Below are positions 1 through 12,920 of a stretch of 64,000 bases of DNA, one piece after another. The stretch is from Selaginella moellendorffii (Eukaryota; Plantae; Lycopodiophyta). Every line of letters begins with the position of its first letter. Position 1 is the stretch's first letter. A program made the position numbers and the translations under genes. The notes below the pieces were generated by a model. That model saw only the letters and a list, made by a program, of their open reading frames with translations, ran no database searches and was not told the origin of the DNA. The stretch is taken from NCBI RefSeq assembly GCF_000143415.4, contig NW_003314381.1:124001-188000 (forward strand), read 5' to 3'.

Positions 1-372
1 AGAGCAAGAACAAAGAACTCCTCCAAGAACTCCAAGTCAGACAAAGCAACGATTTTTTTTCCTGGGAATTTTCCACCGAGAGAGCGATTTGATGTTTCGG
101 GCAGTATTAAATCGTTCTTCTCGTGCCACACCCATCGCAGCTTTTGCGAAAAGTCTAATCTTTTTGGCACGAGGAATCTCTCCAGTGTAAGATCTTGCTA
201 GTGTACCACCACCACCATTAAAAATCTTTGTTGACGATGACGTAGGGGTGGGATTGACTGGGTTGTCCACGTGTAGCGCCAGGATTGACGCCAGTGGAAT
301 GTTCTATTGAAGATCATATATTTTCACGATTGTATGGAGTGGAGTTTCTAGGTTTTTAGGCGATCGATTGGA

Positions 373-3300
373 ATGGTGGACGATGGCGCCAGGGCCAGCG
401 GCTCCAGGCGCGGTGTCTTCGATTCGGATGATTACGACACTGACAATGGGAGCGATGGATCCTTGGGAAGCAGCGATTGCAAAGGCAGCGATGCCAGCTT
501 CGATGTCTTCTCCAAGATTATCATCGGCGTCTGTGTCATGGAGAAGAAGGTGCGTTTCTTTGGAGCTTGTAGCAGCTACTGGATTCTAGGCAAAGAATGC
601 TCGAGCTCTTTCGAGAGATTTTGGTGATTCTGTTCTAATCCCGTGTTTGGATGAAGGCATTGTCTCCTCCGATGACGGAAATCTTGAATCGTCTACGCTC
701 TTTTGGAGAGTTTGAGGTAAAACTGAGCTGCGATTTTACGAATGCCGAGTTTTTTTATTCGTCTCTGTGCGGCGTAGATCATCAACTTCGGAGATAAAGT
801 CATTCTCGAGGAGCCCGTGGAAGAGTTAAGTCGCAAAGTTTGACATTGCTTGTTCTTAACGTTTTTTTCTTTTCTCCAGATGGCCCGTGTGTGATTGCCT
901 CATCGCATTTTATTCGTCTGGTTTTCCCTTGCAAAAGGCAGAAGCATACGCGCGATTGAGAAAGTGAGTATCGTTTTCTTTTTTCTTTTCTTTTTTCTCT
1001 ACTTTTTTCAGATTGTCAAAAGGTGCTTATCATTTCAGGCCTTTTCTTGTTAATGAATTGGAACCCCAGCATCTTTTGCATGACAGGCGCAAAGTTTATT
1101 CGGTACGTTTCCTTCTTTTTTACTCTCTTTATTGGTGAAGGGACTACAACTTTTTTCGTTCTCGTTGTGTGTAGCGGCTGGAAGAATATGGGATAACCAT
1201 TCCAAACTATGCTTTGGTGAATAGAGAGTTTCCAAACCAGGAACTGGAATATTTCTCGGAGGAAGAGGATTACATCGAAGTGAATGGCAAAAGAATTTTT
1301 AAGCCATTTGTTGAAAAGCCTGTGAATGGTGCGTATAGAACTTCATATATACAGGTTTCACTAAAGTGGCTATGCAAGCAGGAGATAATCACAGCGTCAT
1401 GATCTACTATCCTAGCGCTGCTGGCGGTGGAATGAAAGAGCTTTTCCGCAAGGTGATGAAGCATTAAGCAAAATGTAACCTCTTACCCGATGTATTAATG
1501 CCGCAGATTGGAAATCGTTCAAGTGAGTTTCATCCCGAGATAAGACGAGTTCGAAGAGAAGGCTCTTATATCTATGAGGAGTTTATGCCAACTGGGGGAA
1601 CAGATGTCAAGGTAGACAACTCAACTTCTTGTTCTTAGCAGTCGCCTCTTCTGAACTGCAGGTATACACTGTTGGACCAGAATATGCTCATGCTGAGGCA
1701 CGAAAATCACCTGTTGTTGACGGGGTTGTTTTGAGAAGTCCTGATGGAAAAGAGGTACAAGAAGTTCGTTTGTTTCCTAATTCTTAAAATAGCTTGGCAC
1801 AGATACGATACCCAGTACTACTGACGCCAGCCGAGAAGCAGATGGCCCGAGAAGTCTGTGTGTCTTTTGGCCAAGCAGTAAGTACATTTGGTAACTTCCA
1901 AGTGGAAGAGTTCTCATTTTAACGGTTTTGGCAGGTGTGTGGTTTTGACCTCTTGCGATCTCAAGGGAGGTCTTATGTTTGCGATGTCAATGGATGGAGT
2001 TTTGTAAAAAACTCGTACAAGTAGGCAATGTTGTCCATGTTAAACTTGCTGCAACTTGCTTTCCTAGGTACTACGATGACGCTGCATGTGTTTTAAGAAC
2101 CATGTTTTTGGAGGCTAAGGCACCACACCTTTCAAAGATTCCGCCCTGCCTCTCCTGGAGCGAACCCAGGCCACTTGAATTACCACGACAGGGAAGTAGC
2201 GTGATGTCCGGTACTTTTGGACAATCCGAGGAGTTGCGCTGTGTCATAGCCGTCTTACGCCAGTAAGTGTTCCTTTTCTGCCTCCATTGTGCTCACTTGT
2301 CAGCTGTCAGTGGTGATCGGACCCCCAAGCAGAAAGTAAAAATGAAAGTCACGCAAGATAGGTTACTGAACTTAATGCTAAAATATAACGGCGGAAGACC
2401 AAGAGCGGAGGTAAGCTAGCTCAAAAACTTTAATATGATTTGCTAATGCTTTCTATGCAGGCAAAGCTGAAAAGCGCTGTTCAATTGCAAGATCTTCTGG
2501 ATGCTACAAGAATGCTTGTACCAAGAGCAAGGTTTGAGTTAGATCTTTTCCCTTAGCGCCTGAGGATTCTTATACTTGCATATGATGTTTCAAGATCTGG
2601 AAAGGAAAGCGACAGTGAGGCTGAGGACCTTGAACATGCAGAAAAATTGCGACACGTCAAGGCAGTTTTGGAAGAGGTACATACTAATTGTTGGTACTGA
2701 CTTGTTCTAATAACTTGTTCTAATAGGGTGGCCATTTTTCTGGGATTTACCGGAAAGTGCAACTTAAGCCTCAAAAGTGGCAGGAAGCCACAGATGGTGA
2801 AGAGGAAAGACCAACTGAGGCGCTTATGGTTCTGAAGTACGGTGGTGTTCTTACACACGCCGGAAGGAAACAGGTTCGATGTGTAATGAATTTTACATAT
2901 TCTCACTTTGCTGCTTCCAGGCCGAAGAGCTTGGACGTTCTTTTCGGAACACTATGTATCCAGGTAGAGTTTAACTATAGCCTTAACCGAATTTTCATTG
3001 TTCAGTTTTTGCAGGGGAGGGAACTGGATTGCTTCGTCTGCATAGCACTTATCGTCACGATTTAAAGATCTATAGCTCGGATGAAGGGCGGGTGCAGGTG
3101 ATGGTTTTTCTCCTTTTCGTTCTTATGCAGATGTAACATGGTAATGGGTACCAGATGTCATCTGCAGCCTTTGCAAAAGGTCTTCTTGATTTAGAGGGCC
3201 CCCTGACGCCTATCCTGGTACTATAACTTTGCAGTGACATTATATGGCCTCACCATCTTTTGGCAGGTTTCGCTTGTAAGCAAAGATTCACCAATGCTTG

Positions 3301-5246
3301 ATGGACTAGATACAGCCAGTATCGAAATGGAGGAGGCGAAGGTAAAATGATAGTGGTTGATGTATGCTTTAACAGTTTGCTTGCAGGCCAAGCTGTACGA
3401 AATCATGATGGCTGGCCAATCATGCTGCGAATGCACAAATGAGCCTTGGATGGTAGATGGCGCTGGACTACCTCCCAACGCTCTGGAGTTGATGAAGGAA
3501 ATGGTATTGCTTTCCTGTGTTTAGAACAATCTCAGCATTGACCCGAGTTTTATAGGTACATCTGACAAAGAAAATTACCGCACAAGTCAAGCTCCTCTGC
3601 AAGGCGGAAGAGGAGCGGCTGGCCGATGGTTTAAATGAAGAAATACCTCCATACGATCAAGCCAGGGCTTTGGGGAAGACGAACATGGATGTGGACCGAA
3701 TTTCTGCCGGTTTGCCTTGCGGCAGTGAAGGCTTTCTTCTTATGTATGCACGTTGGAAGAAACTCGAGCGTGACATATATAATGAGCGTAAAGAGTAAGT
3801 GGAATATTAGTGTTATCAGACGTGAGGCGAATTTTCTGATTTGCAGGCGCTACGACATAAGCAAGGTTCCGGATGTGTACGATTCTTCCAAGTAAGGAAT
3901 GTTCCTTTGACTGCATTATATCTTTCTCACGATTTCTCGCAGGTACGATCTTCTACACAATGCTCATCTAAAACTGGATGGTCTCGAAGACCTTTACACG
4001 GTGGCAAAGGTGCAATGTCAAAACAGATTTAAGGAATGCTAAATTCGTGTTCGCATGTGTCCAATACAGGCCTTAGCAGATGGAGTCATACCGAATGAAT
4101 ATGGTATAAACCCAAAGCACAAACTGAAAATTGGATCGAAGGTACTGCTTATTGATACTTTATACGCGTTTTAATCACTCTCCTGCTTCCTTTGTACCTA
4201 GATTTGCCGTCGATTGCTGGGGAAGATTTTGATAGATCTGAGGAACACCAGAGAAGAGGCTATCAGTGTTGCAGAGTTGAAAAACGAAGAAGTTAAAATA
4301 AATCCAGATTCTGTTGGCCCACCCAAGGGGAAACATGAGGAGGACAATAAGTCTCAAAAATCTAGTGTGAAGAGTGATTCTCGGAGGTCCAGTTTGACGA
4401 GTGAGAAGTCTAATACAGACGATCACGACGACAAAGAAACGCAATATCGCCTCGATCCAAAGTAAGTTTTTTCTTTCGTTTTCTCTTTGGATCGCTGTAA
4501 ACCACTTTGATGTTTCTACACAGATACGCAAATGTTAAAACACCTGAAAGGCACGTCCGCACTCGGCTGTACTTCACTTCGGTACGCTCCTTTTGTGCTC
4601 GTCAATTTCTAACTTGGCTGTTGCCGCTTTGATATCTAGGAATCCCATATACACTCGCTGATAAACGTGCTACGTTACTGCCATCTCGACGATTCGTTGG
4701 AAGGAGAACCTCCACTTGTATCAACTGAGGCGCTGGAGGAGATTTTTGAGACGAAAGAGCTTGACTACTTGACTCACGTCGTCCTACGGCTTTACGAAAA
4801 CACGGAGGTAAACGAATTTCACCTTTGTTTTGCTGTGGACTTACACTTCTTTCATTTACTAAAACGCAGGTAGCGCTGGAAAGTCCTCGGCGATTTAGAA
4901 TCGAGATTATGTTTAGCTGTGGTGCCGCTTTGAGTCCTTTGGAGGTACATTTCTTGTGACAGAAGTTTAGAGCGGTGCTAATGCGAGATATATGATCCAG
5001 GCATCTCCACGGTTTCGGGATCACACACTCCCGGTGCTGTCGCCCTCAACACTCCAGGAGGAGGGAGCTTTCCTGTCCTTGAACAGGCTGGAGAAGATGA
5101 TCCGAGCGTTTGCCATGCCGGCGGAGGACTTCCCTCCGGCAACAACGCCGCAAGGATTCTCGGGGCTCTTCGTCAAAGGAGGTGGTGTTCTCGAGCGCCT
5201 TGCTAGCCTGTGGCCGTTTAATAAGAACGCCAACCTGAAAGCCTGA
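373..5246 (+). CDS. VIH: Inositol hexakisphosphate/diphosphoinositol-pentakisphosphate kinase (PPIP5K, VIP1/VIH family), multi-exon
   Basis: Exon peptides [82 protein letters not shown] (acid-phosphatase RHG motif split by an intron), [30 protein letters not shown] and C-terminal [10 protein letters not shown]. Many short GT-AG introns; stop at 5244-5246. Not every exon junction was checked. Confidence 0.93.
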
Positions 5247-5676
5247 GATATGATTGACAAGCTCTTCCACCGTTCCGATGACTTGACAACATCAAAGTAA
5301 AGTTTTGACAACGAGGAACAAACAGTAAGTCTGGTCGGTAAGAGGCTGATTTGCGAGTGACGGTCGAGGATGGTCTGGTTTTCTCTTTACCTTCCGACTA
5401 ATCTATAGTTTTTGTAGGCTTAGATATCATCTAAGTCCTTGAACTGGTGCCAAAACTTTCCCAACTGGCTAGTTCGCTCAAGAGGAGGTACTGTTAATTT
5501 GCTTGCTTGTTCTTGAGAGGCTTTTCTTGGTTTTCTTGTCTCTGTATTGTTGAGCTGTCGGGAAATTTATAGCTTGTTCTTGGCGTTTGCAGGGAAATTT
5601 ATGGCAGCAAGGTCTAACTTTCCACCCAAGTGCTTACACTTCAAGCGCTAGAAATTTTGTAAATGTAAAGTGCGGT

Positions 5677-7136
5677 TTAAGTTCTTTCGAATATAACCAC
5701 CTCTTGCTTAAGTTTATATTCCACCTTTTGCTTAAGTTCATATTCTAAGCTTAATATATAAACTACGACCACGAACTTAGCAAGGCAATCTGGCATGGGC
5801 GTGTGGGACGAGTGGAAGAGATCTCTCAAAGCAGACCTCAAGTCCGGTAATCCATCGTCAACGTCCATCCCGCACTCAAGTAAGACTCGACACACTCCAG
5901 CCTTCCGAGCGCTGCAAGCACTGCGGAGAACCGTATACCCCCCTGGTTCCACGTTGATATTGCTGGCCGCCATTCACAAGATCTCTTCATCCTCATTCGA
6001 GAAGGCCGCTCTGGCGAGCGGGCAAAAACCATCGTAAGTCGGCAGCGTTGGATCGGCCCCAGCGGCTATCAGCAGTTTGACACTCGCCAATTCTATTCGA
6101 TTCAGCGCAGCGATGAGGGGGAGCCAGCCCTCCGGCGAGGTCCGGCTGGGATCCATATGAGGGAGCTTGAGCAAGAGCTCCAGATGCTCGGGATCGCGAG
6201 CGTTGCACAAGTGCTTGCTGGTGAGAAGTCTCGACAGGCCGCGCCATGGGCTTGAAGAGCGTGACCAAGTCATCCATTTGATGGGCGCTGAACGGCCAGG
6301 TGGGTACGCCTGGAAAGAGAACCAACCATACGAGTGACAATGTAAAGGATGTGACAAGAAAGAATGTTACCTGACCAATGAAATATCTCATCTGGCGATG
6401 GAAAGTCTGGGTCTGCCCCGTTTTTTCCAAAAGATACTGGACAAATCCATCACCAGCAGCAGAAGCACCCAGTCGATGGTGCCGCTTCACTGCTGCAAGC
6501 AGCGGGGCCTCTCTGTTCTCACCTGGGACCAGCATGTTCAAGCTGTCTACAAGATCTATGGCTGCGTACGCAGTTTCCAAGTCCGACTCCGTAATGGCTT
6601 GCACGAGTCGCGCCATTCTCTTGCCGAGGGTCAGAGCCCCGATCTCCCATCCTCGACCGCACAGCTGCGACAAGATGAGCCTGAAACCCGGTAGGCGAGG
6701 AACGAACGCTCCCACGTCGATCGATATTGGTGACTCGAGCGCAAGTAGCTCCTCGCCTTGGTGGTCGTAGACAAGAGCGCAAGGACTTGGAAAAACCAGA
6801 GCAATGGTCACCGCTCCGGTAGACTTTGCGTGAAGCTGCACTAGCTCTTTGCCGCCGCTGCCCTCTCCTGGGGCAAACACGACAACGAAGCTCATGAGGT
6901 TGGCTTGTGGTTGCTCCTCTTCATCTGCGCTAGAATGGTGAGCGTCGTCTACAATAGTGAACACGGGAGCCAGCACACTATCTCCTCTACGAATGGGCTC
7001 ATCATCGTGTGAGCACTTATGACCACGAAAGATCATTCATCGCTTTCCGCCTCTTACGGTAGTTGTGCGTGGAGACCCAAAACTGACTGTCTGCCATGCC
7101 TCTCATTAGCACGATTGGATCACGGAGTGATTGCAT
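5677..7136 (-). pseudogene. Ankyrin-repeat protein pseudogene (unit 1)
   Basis: Ankyrin-like motifs (APLLAAV...YLLE-NGADPD; WLPLIAAL...VKLLIAAGADPT; VCRVLLECGMDVD) and a 61-bp GT-AG intron at 6310-6370. Relative to the copy at 53576-54419 there are 2-bp frameshifts at ~7020 and 6421-6426, plus an in-frame TGA at 5974-5976. Start position is approximate. Confidence 0.7.
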
Positions 7137-7329
7137 CCTGTCATCCTCGACCTGCACACAAGTTCATGAGAGATTCGCTAACATATGCAAACATCACCTC
7201 AGAGTTGCTCCCCGGCTTTCCCCTCGGCCGCTGTCGCTTCATCGTAATCCCAAACCTAAAATGAAGGATAGCAAGCATAGTTTTTAAAGGTTTATAGGTC
7301 CTTGACTTGCTTGTTCTTGAGATGTTTCA

Positions 7330-8300
7330 GCGTGCCATGAATCTTATAAACTTCAAAGGTGGCATTGCGCTTGTTTATGATGGAGCGTGCGTATTGGCAA
7401 CAAAACTCTCCTGGAAGGTATAGGTGATGTCGAGGGGTGGCAAAATGCGCTATTGTTTTTGCTTGTGAAGGAACACTTCCATGTGGCTCTTTGGCAAGGC
7501 TGCCAAAGGTTTTCTCAATTTAATGGAGGATTTATTGGAATTGTCTCCATGTTCCTCACCTGCAATTTCAGAAGTTTGCCAATTTCCATTGTTTTCATAT
7601 TGTGTATGAGCTTGGATCATATGGAAGAGATAAACATAAGTGTACAATTTAAGGGTTTATTTATCCAGTTTTACAACTATCTGTCTGTGTATTCTCTTGA
7701 TTCACTTGAGACAAATGTCCTTCTTAGATGATACATGACTACCTGTAGCCCAAAAATTCTCCACCAGGCCCTTTGTCAATTGCGGTACTCAATCACTCCT
7801 TTGCTTATGACCATCTAGTGCCTCTCTACAACTTATGATCCTTATCATCTTCCTCCTTGCTCATGCAGCTGGTAGGTTTCTTCTATGAATCCCAAGAACA
7901 TTTGCAAGAGTAGTGTTTGGAATGTTGTCACGACCAATGATCATGGAAGAATTGCTCTCTTTGCAACTAGATGATCACATGAACGTGCTCTCTTCATTAG
8001 TCGAAGTGATTGATGAATGTTGACGCACGTTTTCTTCTTAGAGTTGCTTGTCAAAACATTTCCTAGTAGACTAATTATTGGGCAAATCACTTTGTTGTGG
8101 CACGCTAGAAAGCTATGGATGATCAATGATTTTGTATATGAATCATCCTGTCAAATAAGTCCCCTATATCTTTGACCTTTCTTCTTACTTTTATCATACT
8201 CATATACTCATGATGAAGTATTCCCGGCTTGATATAGGTGATCTTTGGTTTTATCATGATCACTTGAAGTAGTGGCCATCCTGAAGACAAATTAAGCACT
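7330..8300 (-). mobile_element. Decayed DNA-transposase-like remnant (possibly Sola-type); homologous copies at 40159-40840 and 54600-55600
   Basis: Broken ORF ...LANVLGIHRRNL...LVENFWATGSHVSSKKDIC... resembles the N-terminus of Sola-like transposases. Many stops and frameshifts; family assigned by motif recall only. Confidence 0.35.
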
Positions 8301-8339
8301 TTGGTTAGATATGAAAGTAATTAGAAAAAATATGTATTG

Positions 8340-8830
8340 TTGTTGCACCTCTTGTTATTGCTGCTACTAAGCTCACTGGCCTAGAAGGAGTAGGGCTGTC
8401 AGGCATGATCCAGCTACTACTTGATAGGCACGATCTTATTGCTGCTAACTAATTGCTACTGCTCCCTTGGTTGTTGCTACTACTGCAAATTGCTGCCACT
8501 GCTGCTTGCTATCCACTGCTACTGCTTCTTGCTGCCCTTGCCATTGGTGCTACTAGTGTTGCTACTTGCTGTTCCTGCTGCTTTTTCTTGCTACTGCTGC
8601 CATTGTTGGTGTTGCTGCTTACTGTTGCTGTTGATGTTGATGCTATTTCTTGCTTGCCATCAATGCCGCTATTGCATATTGTTGCCCTACTACGCTTGTA
8701 TTGGCCATTGCTATTGGTGTTGCTACTGGTGCTGGTGCTGCTCCTTGCTACCACCACTATTGCTAGTGTTGATGCTTGCCCCACTGTCGCTGCTACTTGC
8801 TGCTTTCTACTGTTGCCTCGATCACACACT
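8340..8830. repeat. CTG/TTG-rich low-complexity tract, part of the tandem unit (also ~40900-41520 and ~55650-56290)
   Basis: Degenerate (tgc/tgt/tac)n triplets giving L/C-rich spurious ORFs. Confidence 0.8.
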
Positions 8831-10403
8831 AAGATGCTCCATTTCTAAACCATAGCCGAATCAATCCACAAATGTAAGCAAGGTGATGGTAAGTAGAAGG
8901 AAGAGGGGAGGAGAAGAGGAGGATTGGGAAGATGAGCACTGCATCTAAGCTGTCCCATGACAATGCTCTACACCTTCCATGTTCATAAGCGATAATCCAA
9001 GGAATTCCCAAGTTTGTGAAATTTAGAAAATTTCAAGTTTATGCAATCTAAGAAATATTCTCTTTTACCAAATCAATAAGCAATCAATGTATTTTTGGGC
9101 ACTGCCTGAGGTGGTGATGTGGCCTGCTATATGGTTCCTGTAGGTTAAGGTAAACAAGAACCATAGCATTTGGGGGAATATTAAATTTTTTATTTCATCA
9201 CTTCTTAAGTAGCCTTTAGTTTTTCATTAGTTTTTGTTGTTCTGCATTAAAATTTAGCATAGTTTTCCACATAAGACTTTTTTTAAATTTGAAAATTGCA
9301 ACACTAAACCTCTATATTGTAGAATTAATCTTCCACCACCCAGAAGCTTGGATTTGTACTTTGGAATTTCTTGTGGGATATACTCCTTAGTTTATTCAAC
9401 ATTTTTCAATCTACCTCAATAAGTTCCTTGTTCTTTATGTTATTAACATCTGCAATCTTTTATTTTTGTCTTTCATTAAGCATCTAGAGATCTTGCAAGG
9501 GTTAGGTCTCCTGGAGCATCACATAAGGATAACCTTACAGTTTTGAGGCCTAGGTCATGATCCGACATTAGAATGCCCTCTATATAAATGTGAAGCGTCA
9601 TTGGGTGGTATAAGTTTTCTACTCACTGTTGTGGACCATAGTGCATGACCCACTCAAGTGCCAGAAGCAACATAACACTTCATCTTTGTACATCTGGTTC
9701 TTGATGTCTTGAGAATGCTCTACTACTATGTTCTCATAAGTTGAGGTGGGGTAGTACATGCCCACACTGGCAACAGCTAAGAGAGAAGGTTTTTCAGCTA
9801 GCAAGCACACTTTTAATGCCTAATTGATGCACAAAAACCACAAATGACTCCTCATGGCCACAAAAAACAAAAGGTGGAGGCATAGCATTGTAAAGCCTTC
9901 TACTTAATCCAGTGGGCAACATTTGCCTCAGGACCTCAGGACCTCCCTATTGGGCAAATGTGGTGAAAGTGGCTGGCTCTAGAGGAACTGTGCATGATGT
10001 CTTCAGCTATGCATTGCCAACGCCCCTATACCACATCCCAAAGACATGATCTGAGACATTGGCTGCAGTCATACAACACAGGAAGTAGAGAAGAGGGATT
10101 GCTAGATTGCCTGGCACCTCCCCCCCACCCCCCATATAAGGCCCTGTTCCACCACTAAAAGTCAGCCCTCTAGCTCCTCTAACCTAATTATGTTTCAGTT
10201 GGAAAGTCAAGCAGTAGAAACGAGCCAGATGTTCACTCCCAGATGACAAGAGTGAGAGACATAATAGAGACGATAAGAGACAATGTACTGTAAGAACTCT
10301 AAACCATGCTACCGGTATATCCCCAAAACATTATTTTCAAGGATAACCAAGTGGAACTGGAGCAACAACTTCAACTTTGCGTCTTACAACTTCAAGGGCA
10401 CAG

Positions 10404-10571
10404 TGAAGAGAAGAAGAGCGGAAGCTACGATGGTGGATGACTCTCAGGATAATCGTATATATCATAGCTATATATACATGATGAAGAGACACGCCTCTAG
10501 CCTACACTTGGATCAGTGAAGTGGCACTCCTGCCACCTAGGATCATGTCATAGAGAGCGTATACCTCAACA
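10404..10571. mobile_element. 168-bp solo LTR, specific to unit 1
   Basis: TG...CA ends, flanked by the 5-bp target-site duplication CACAG (10399-10403, 10572-10576), internal TATATA. Empty site 'ggacacaggtgc' is present in unit 3 at ~50590. Confidence 0.75.
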
Positions 10572-11561
10572 CACAGGTGCAATGCACTCATAATTTGTTG
10601 GTACTGCTTTCTTCTACAGGCTGCTACTGCTTTGTTTCCCAGGCTTACAGATCATAGCCCGGTCAATTACTTGTCCGGCTTGGGCCTGCTTTGCTCGCTG
10701 AAAAGGACATCTTTGACGAGGTGTTTGAACTGGCCAAAGAGTACTTTAATTAGGGAGACCCAACATCACATACACTTGAGATTCTAAACCTGAAATTAAG
10801 AGTTTATTTTGTCTACAACCAAGTGACCAAAGAGTTTTGTCTGAAATTCTTCCTCTGAAATATATTTTTTGCAGCAGCACCTAGCAAGAGCTCCTCGCGC
10901 ATCACATGGGCTACGTGGGAGTAAACATGGAAGTTCTCGTGGATTGCCGCAACACCGTCTTTGCGAAAGGCCTTACATCACTGGAGGAGCTCTGGTGGTG
11001 GTGTTTTGGACGCCATGGGTTCTTAACTCAATGTACTCTGAAACGGAGATTGATATTGTCAAAGGGAACCTGCAGACAATGTAAACTCCCCAGCCCAAGC
11101 CGGACGGCATTCAGGGCTATGATCTGCAAGGAACAAAACACCAAAGCCATGTCTCAACGAAAATACCCACTGCAGTAAATTTTGACAGTTTGATAAATTC
11201 TAGGGCTCGCGAGCAACAGCGACAGCACTCGCAGGAAAACAAAGCTTTGAACCCTATGCGCATCTTTGAGGATGGCCAAAGAGCAACACACTTGCTTTTT
11301 TGGTTCTAAACCGGTGTTATCTTAAAAATTAAGAGATTTTGTCTGACTTTGCTTTTCAGAAGTAAAGAGTTTTGCCTGAAATTCTTCCTTTGAAATACTT
11401 TTTTGTCTTGTGATAATTTTATTAACTTTTTAATGAGTTAATAATAATTTTATTCAGTGAGTATTACCAATAGACCTTTCTCCTTGTATATTTCTTGGCG
11501 GGTGCTACCCAGGCATTATATAGCTTACACAGCCCTGGAGAAACATAGAAGAAGATCCATC

Positions 11562-12608
11562 ATGGGAGCCTCCTCTATCCTTAGCATTTTTGAGGGCGCC
11601 AAAAGCTTTTACATACCACCGCACAGCTCTTATCATGTTGATTTGAATCCTGCTTATGATGCAAAGTTGGATGCTGAAATTGACAAATGGTGTATGGATT
11701 TTTTGAACCTGCATGATCTCACTGATCACAAGACTCAGTTTGCCATTCAGAGCAAGCTTGGAAAACTTGCAGGCTTTGCATACCAAGCCATTTCTTCAGA
11801 GAGATTGAGTCCCATCGCAAAATTCTTTTGCTGGTTGTTTCTTGCAGATGATTTTATGGACGATCCTTCTGTCCCTGTCTCTGACCTGAAGAATGCCACA
11901 CTTGCATACAAGCTCATCTTCAAAAACGACTATGATCAAGCCATAACTCTGGTGGAAAGTAAAGGCCTTCTGCGGCAAATGGGGATGCTTAACGATGTCT
12001 ACACTGATCTAAAGGGTTTCATGAATCCTGGACATAAGACCCGGTTTTCGAAATCCATGATTGATGTGCTCGACATGTTTGAGGTGGAATCAAGTTGGCT
12101 TCACAAGACACTGGTTCCCAACTTTGAGATTTATATGTGGATGAGGGAGGTAACAGCTGGGGTTATCCCTTGCATGGTGGCAATGGACTTCCTTAATAAT
12201 TTTGGGCTGGAAGAGGAAGGAGTGCTAGACGATCCCCATATTCAAACGCTGGAAGTGATTGCAAATCGCCATTCGTTCCTAGCCAATGACATGGTCTCCT
12301 TCAAAAAGGAATGGGCTTGTGAACAGTACCTCAATTCTGTGGCACTGGTTGGTTACAGTAGCAACTGTGGCTTAAACGAGGCAATGGAGAAAGTTGCACA
12401 AATGGTTCAGGATTTGGAGAAAGAGTTTGCTGACATCAAACAAAAGGTTCTCTCAAACAAGGACTTGAACAAGGGAAATGTCATGGGGTATGTGCAAAGC
12501 TTGGAGTATTTCATGGCTGCAAATATAGAGTTTAGCTGGATCTCTGCGAGATATCATGGGGTGGGATGGGTTTCACCAGCTGAGAAATATGGTACCTTTG
12601 AGTTCTAG
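11562..12608 (+). CDS. MTPSL: Microbial terpene synthase-like protein, copy 1 (348 aa, intronless)
   Basis: Class I terpene cyclase motifs DDFMDD, R-sensor WMREVTAG, NSE triad NDMVSFKKE and terminal SARY. AATAAA follows the stop. Confidence 0.92.
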   Translation: MGASSILSIFEGAKSFYIPPHSSYHVDLNPAYDAKLDAEIDKWCMDFLNLHDLTDHKTQFAIQSKLGKLAGFAYQAISSERLSPIAKFFCWLFLADDFMDDPSVPVSDLKNATLAYKLIFKNDYDQAITLVESKGLLRQMGMLNDVYTDLKGFMNPGHKTRFSKSMIDVLDMFEVESSWLHKTLVPNFEIYMWMREVTAGVIPCMVAMDFLNNFGLEEEGVLDDPHIQTLEVIANRHSFLANDMVSFKKEWACEQYLNSVALVGYSSNCGLNEAMEKVAQMVQDLEKEFADIKQKVLSNKDLNKGNVMGYVQSLEYFMAANIEFSWISARYHGVGWVSPAEKYGTFEF

Positions 12609-12920
12609 TTTGCTTCTACTTGCATTAGAAGCTGGTGCTTAAAATAAAACTGATACTCATACAATTGGTGAGTATGAACAATAATATTTTGAATTTCTCA
12701 TACAACTGTTGAGTAATATATTTTCATTTCTTTCTCCACTTTTTTCTTTCCGTACTAGACATTTACTTTTTGATACAACAAAAGCTTAGCACCACAAGTC
12801 TAGCAAAAAAATAGAGAGAACTACGTTAGATATTTCCAGAGCTTACTTGGAGACTGGCAAGCATCTTCATTTCTTTCTCCACTTTTTCCTTTCAGTACTA
12901 GACATTTACACAACAAAAGC

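Noticed and set aside
37-270. Short minus-strand ORF upstream of VIH
   Set aside because: Non-ATG start and no recognisable motif.
8421-8855. Leu/Cys-rich ORFs (also 41040-41622 and 55802-56337) resembling membrane or Cys-rich proteins
   Set aside because: They come from CTG/TTG low-complexity sequence, are open in several frames and frameshift between copies.
11457-11561. 35-aa N-terminal extension of MTPSL in the ORF track (also 59397-59501)
   Set aside because: It starts at GTG and is absent in copy 2. The ATG at 11562/59502 is the shared start.
11562-12608. Bacterial contamination or recent horizontal transfer because the gene is intronless and microbial-like
   Set aside because: It is embedded among intron-rich plant genes and plant TEs, and MTPSLs are an established non-seed-plant family.
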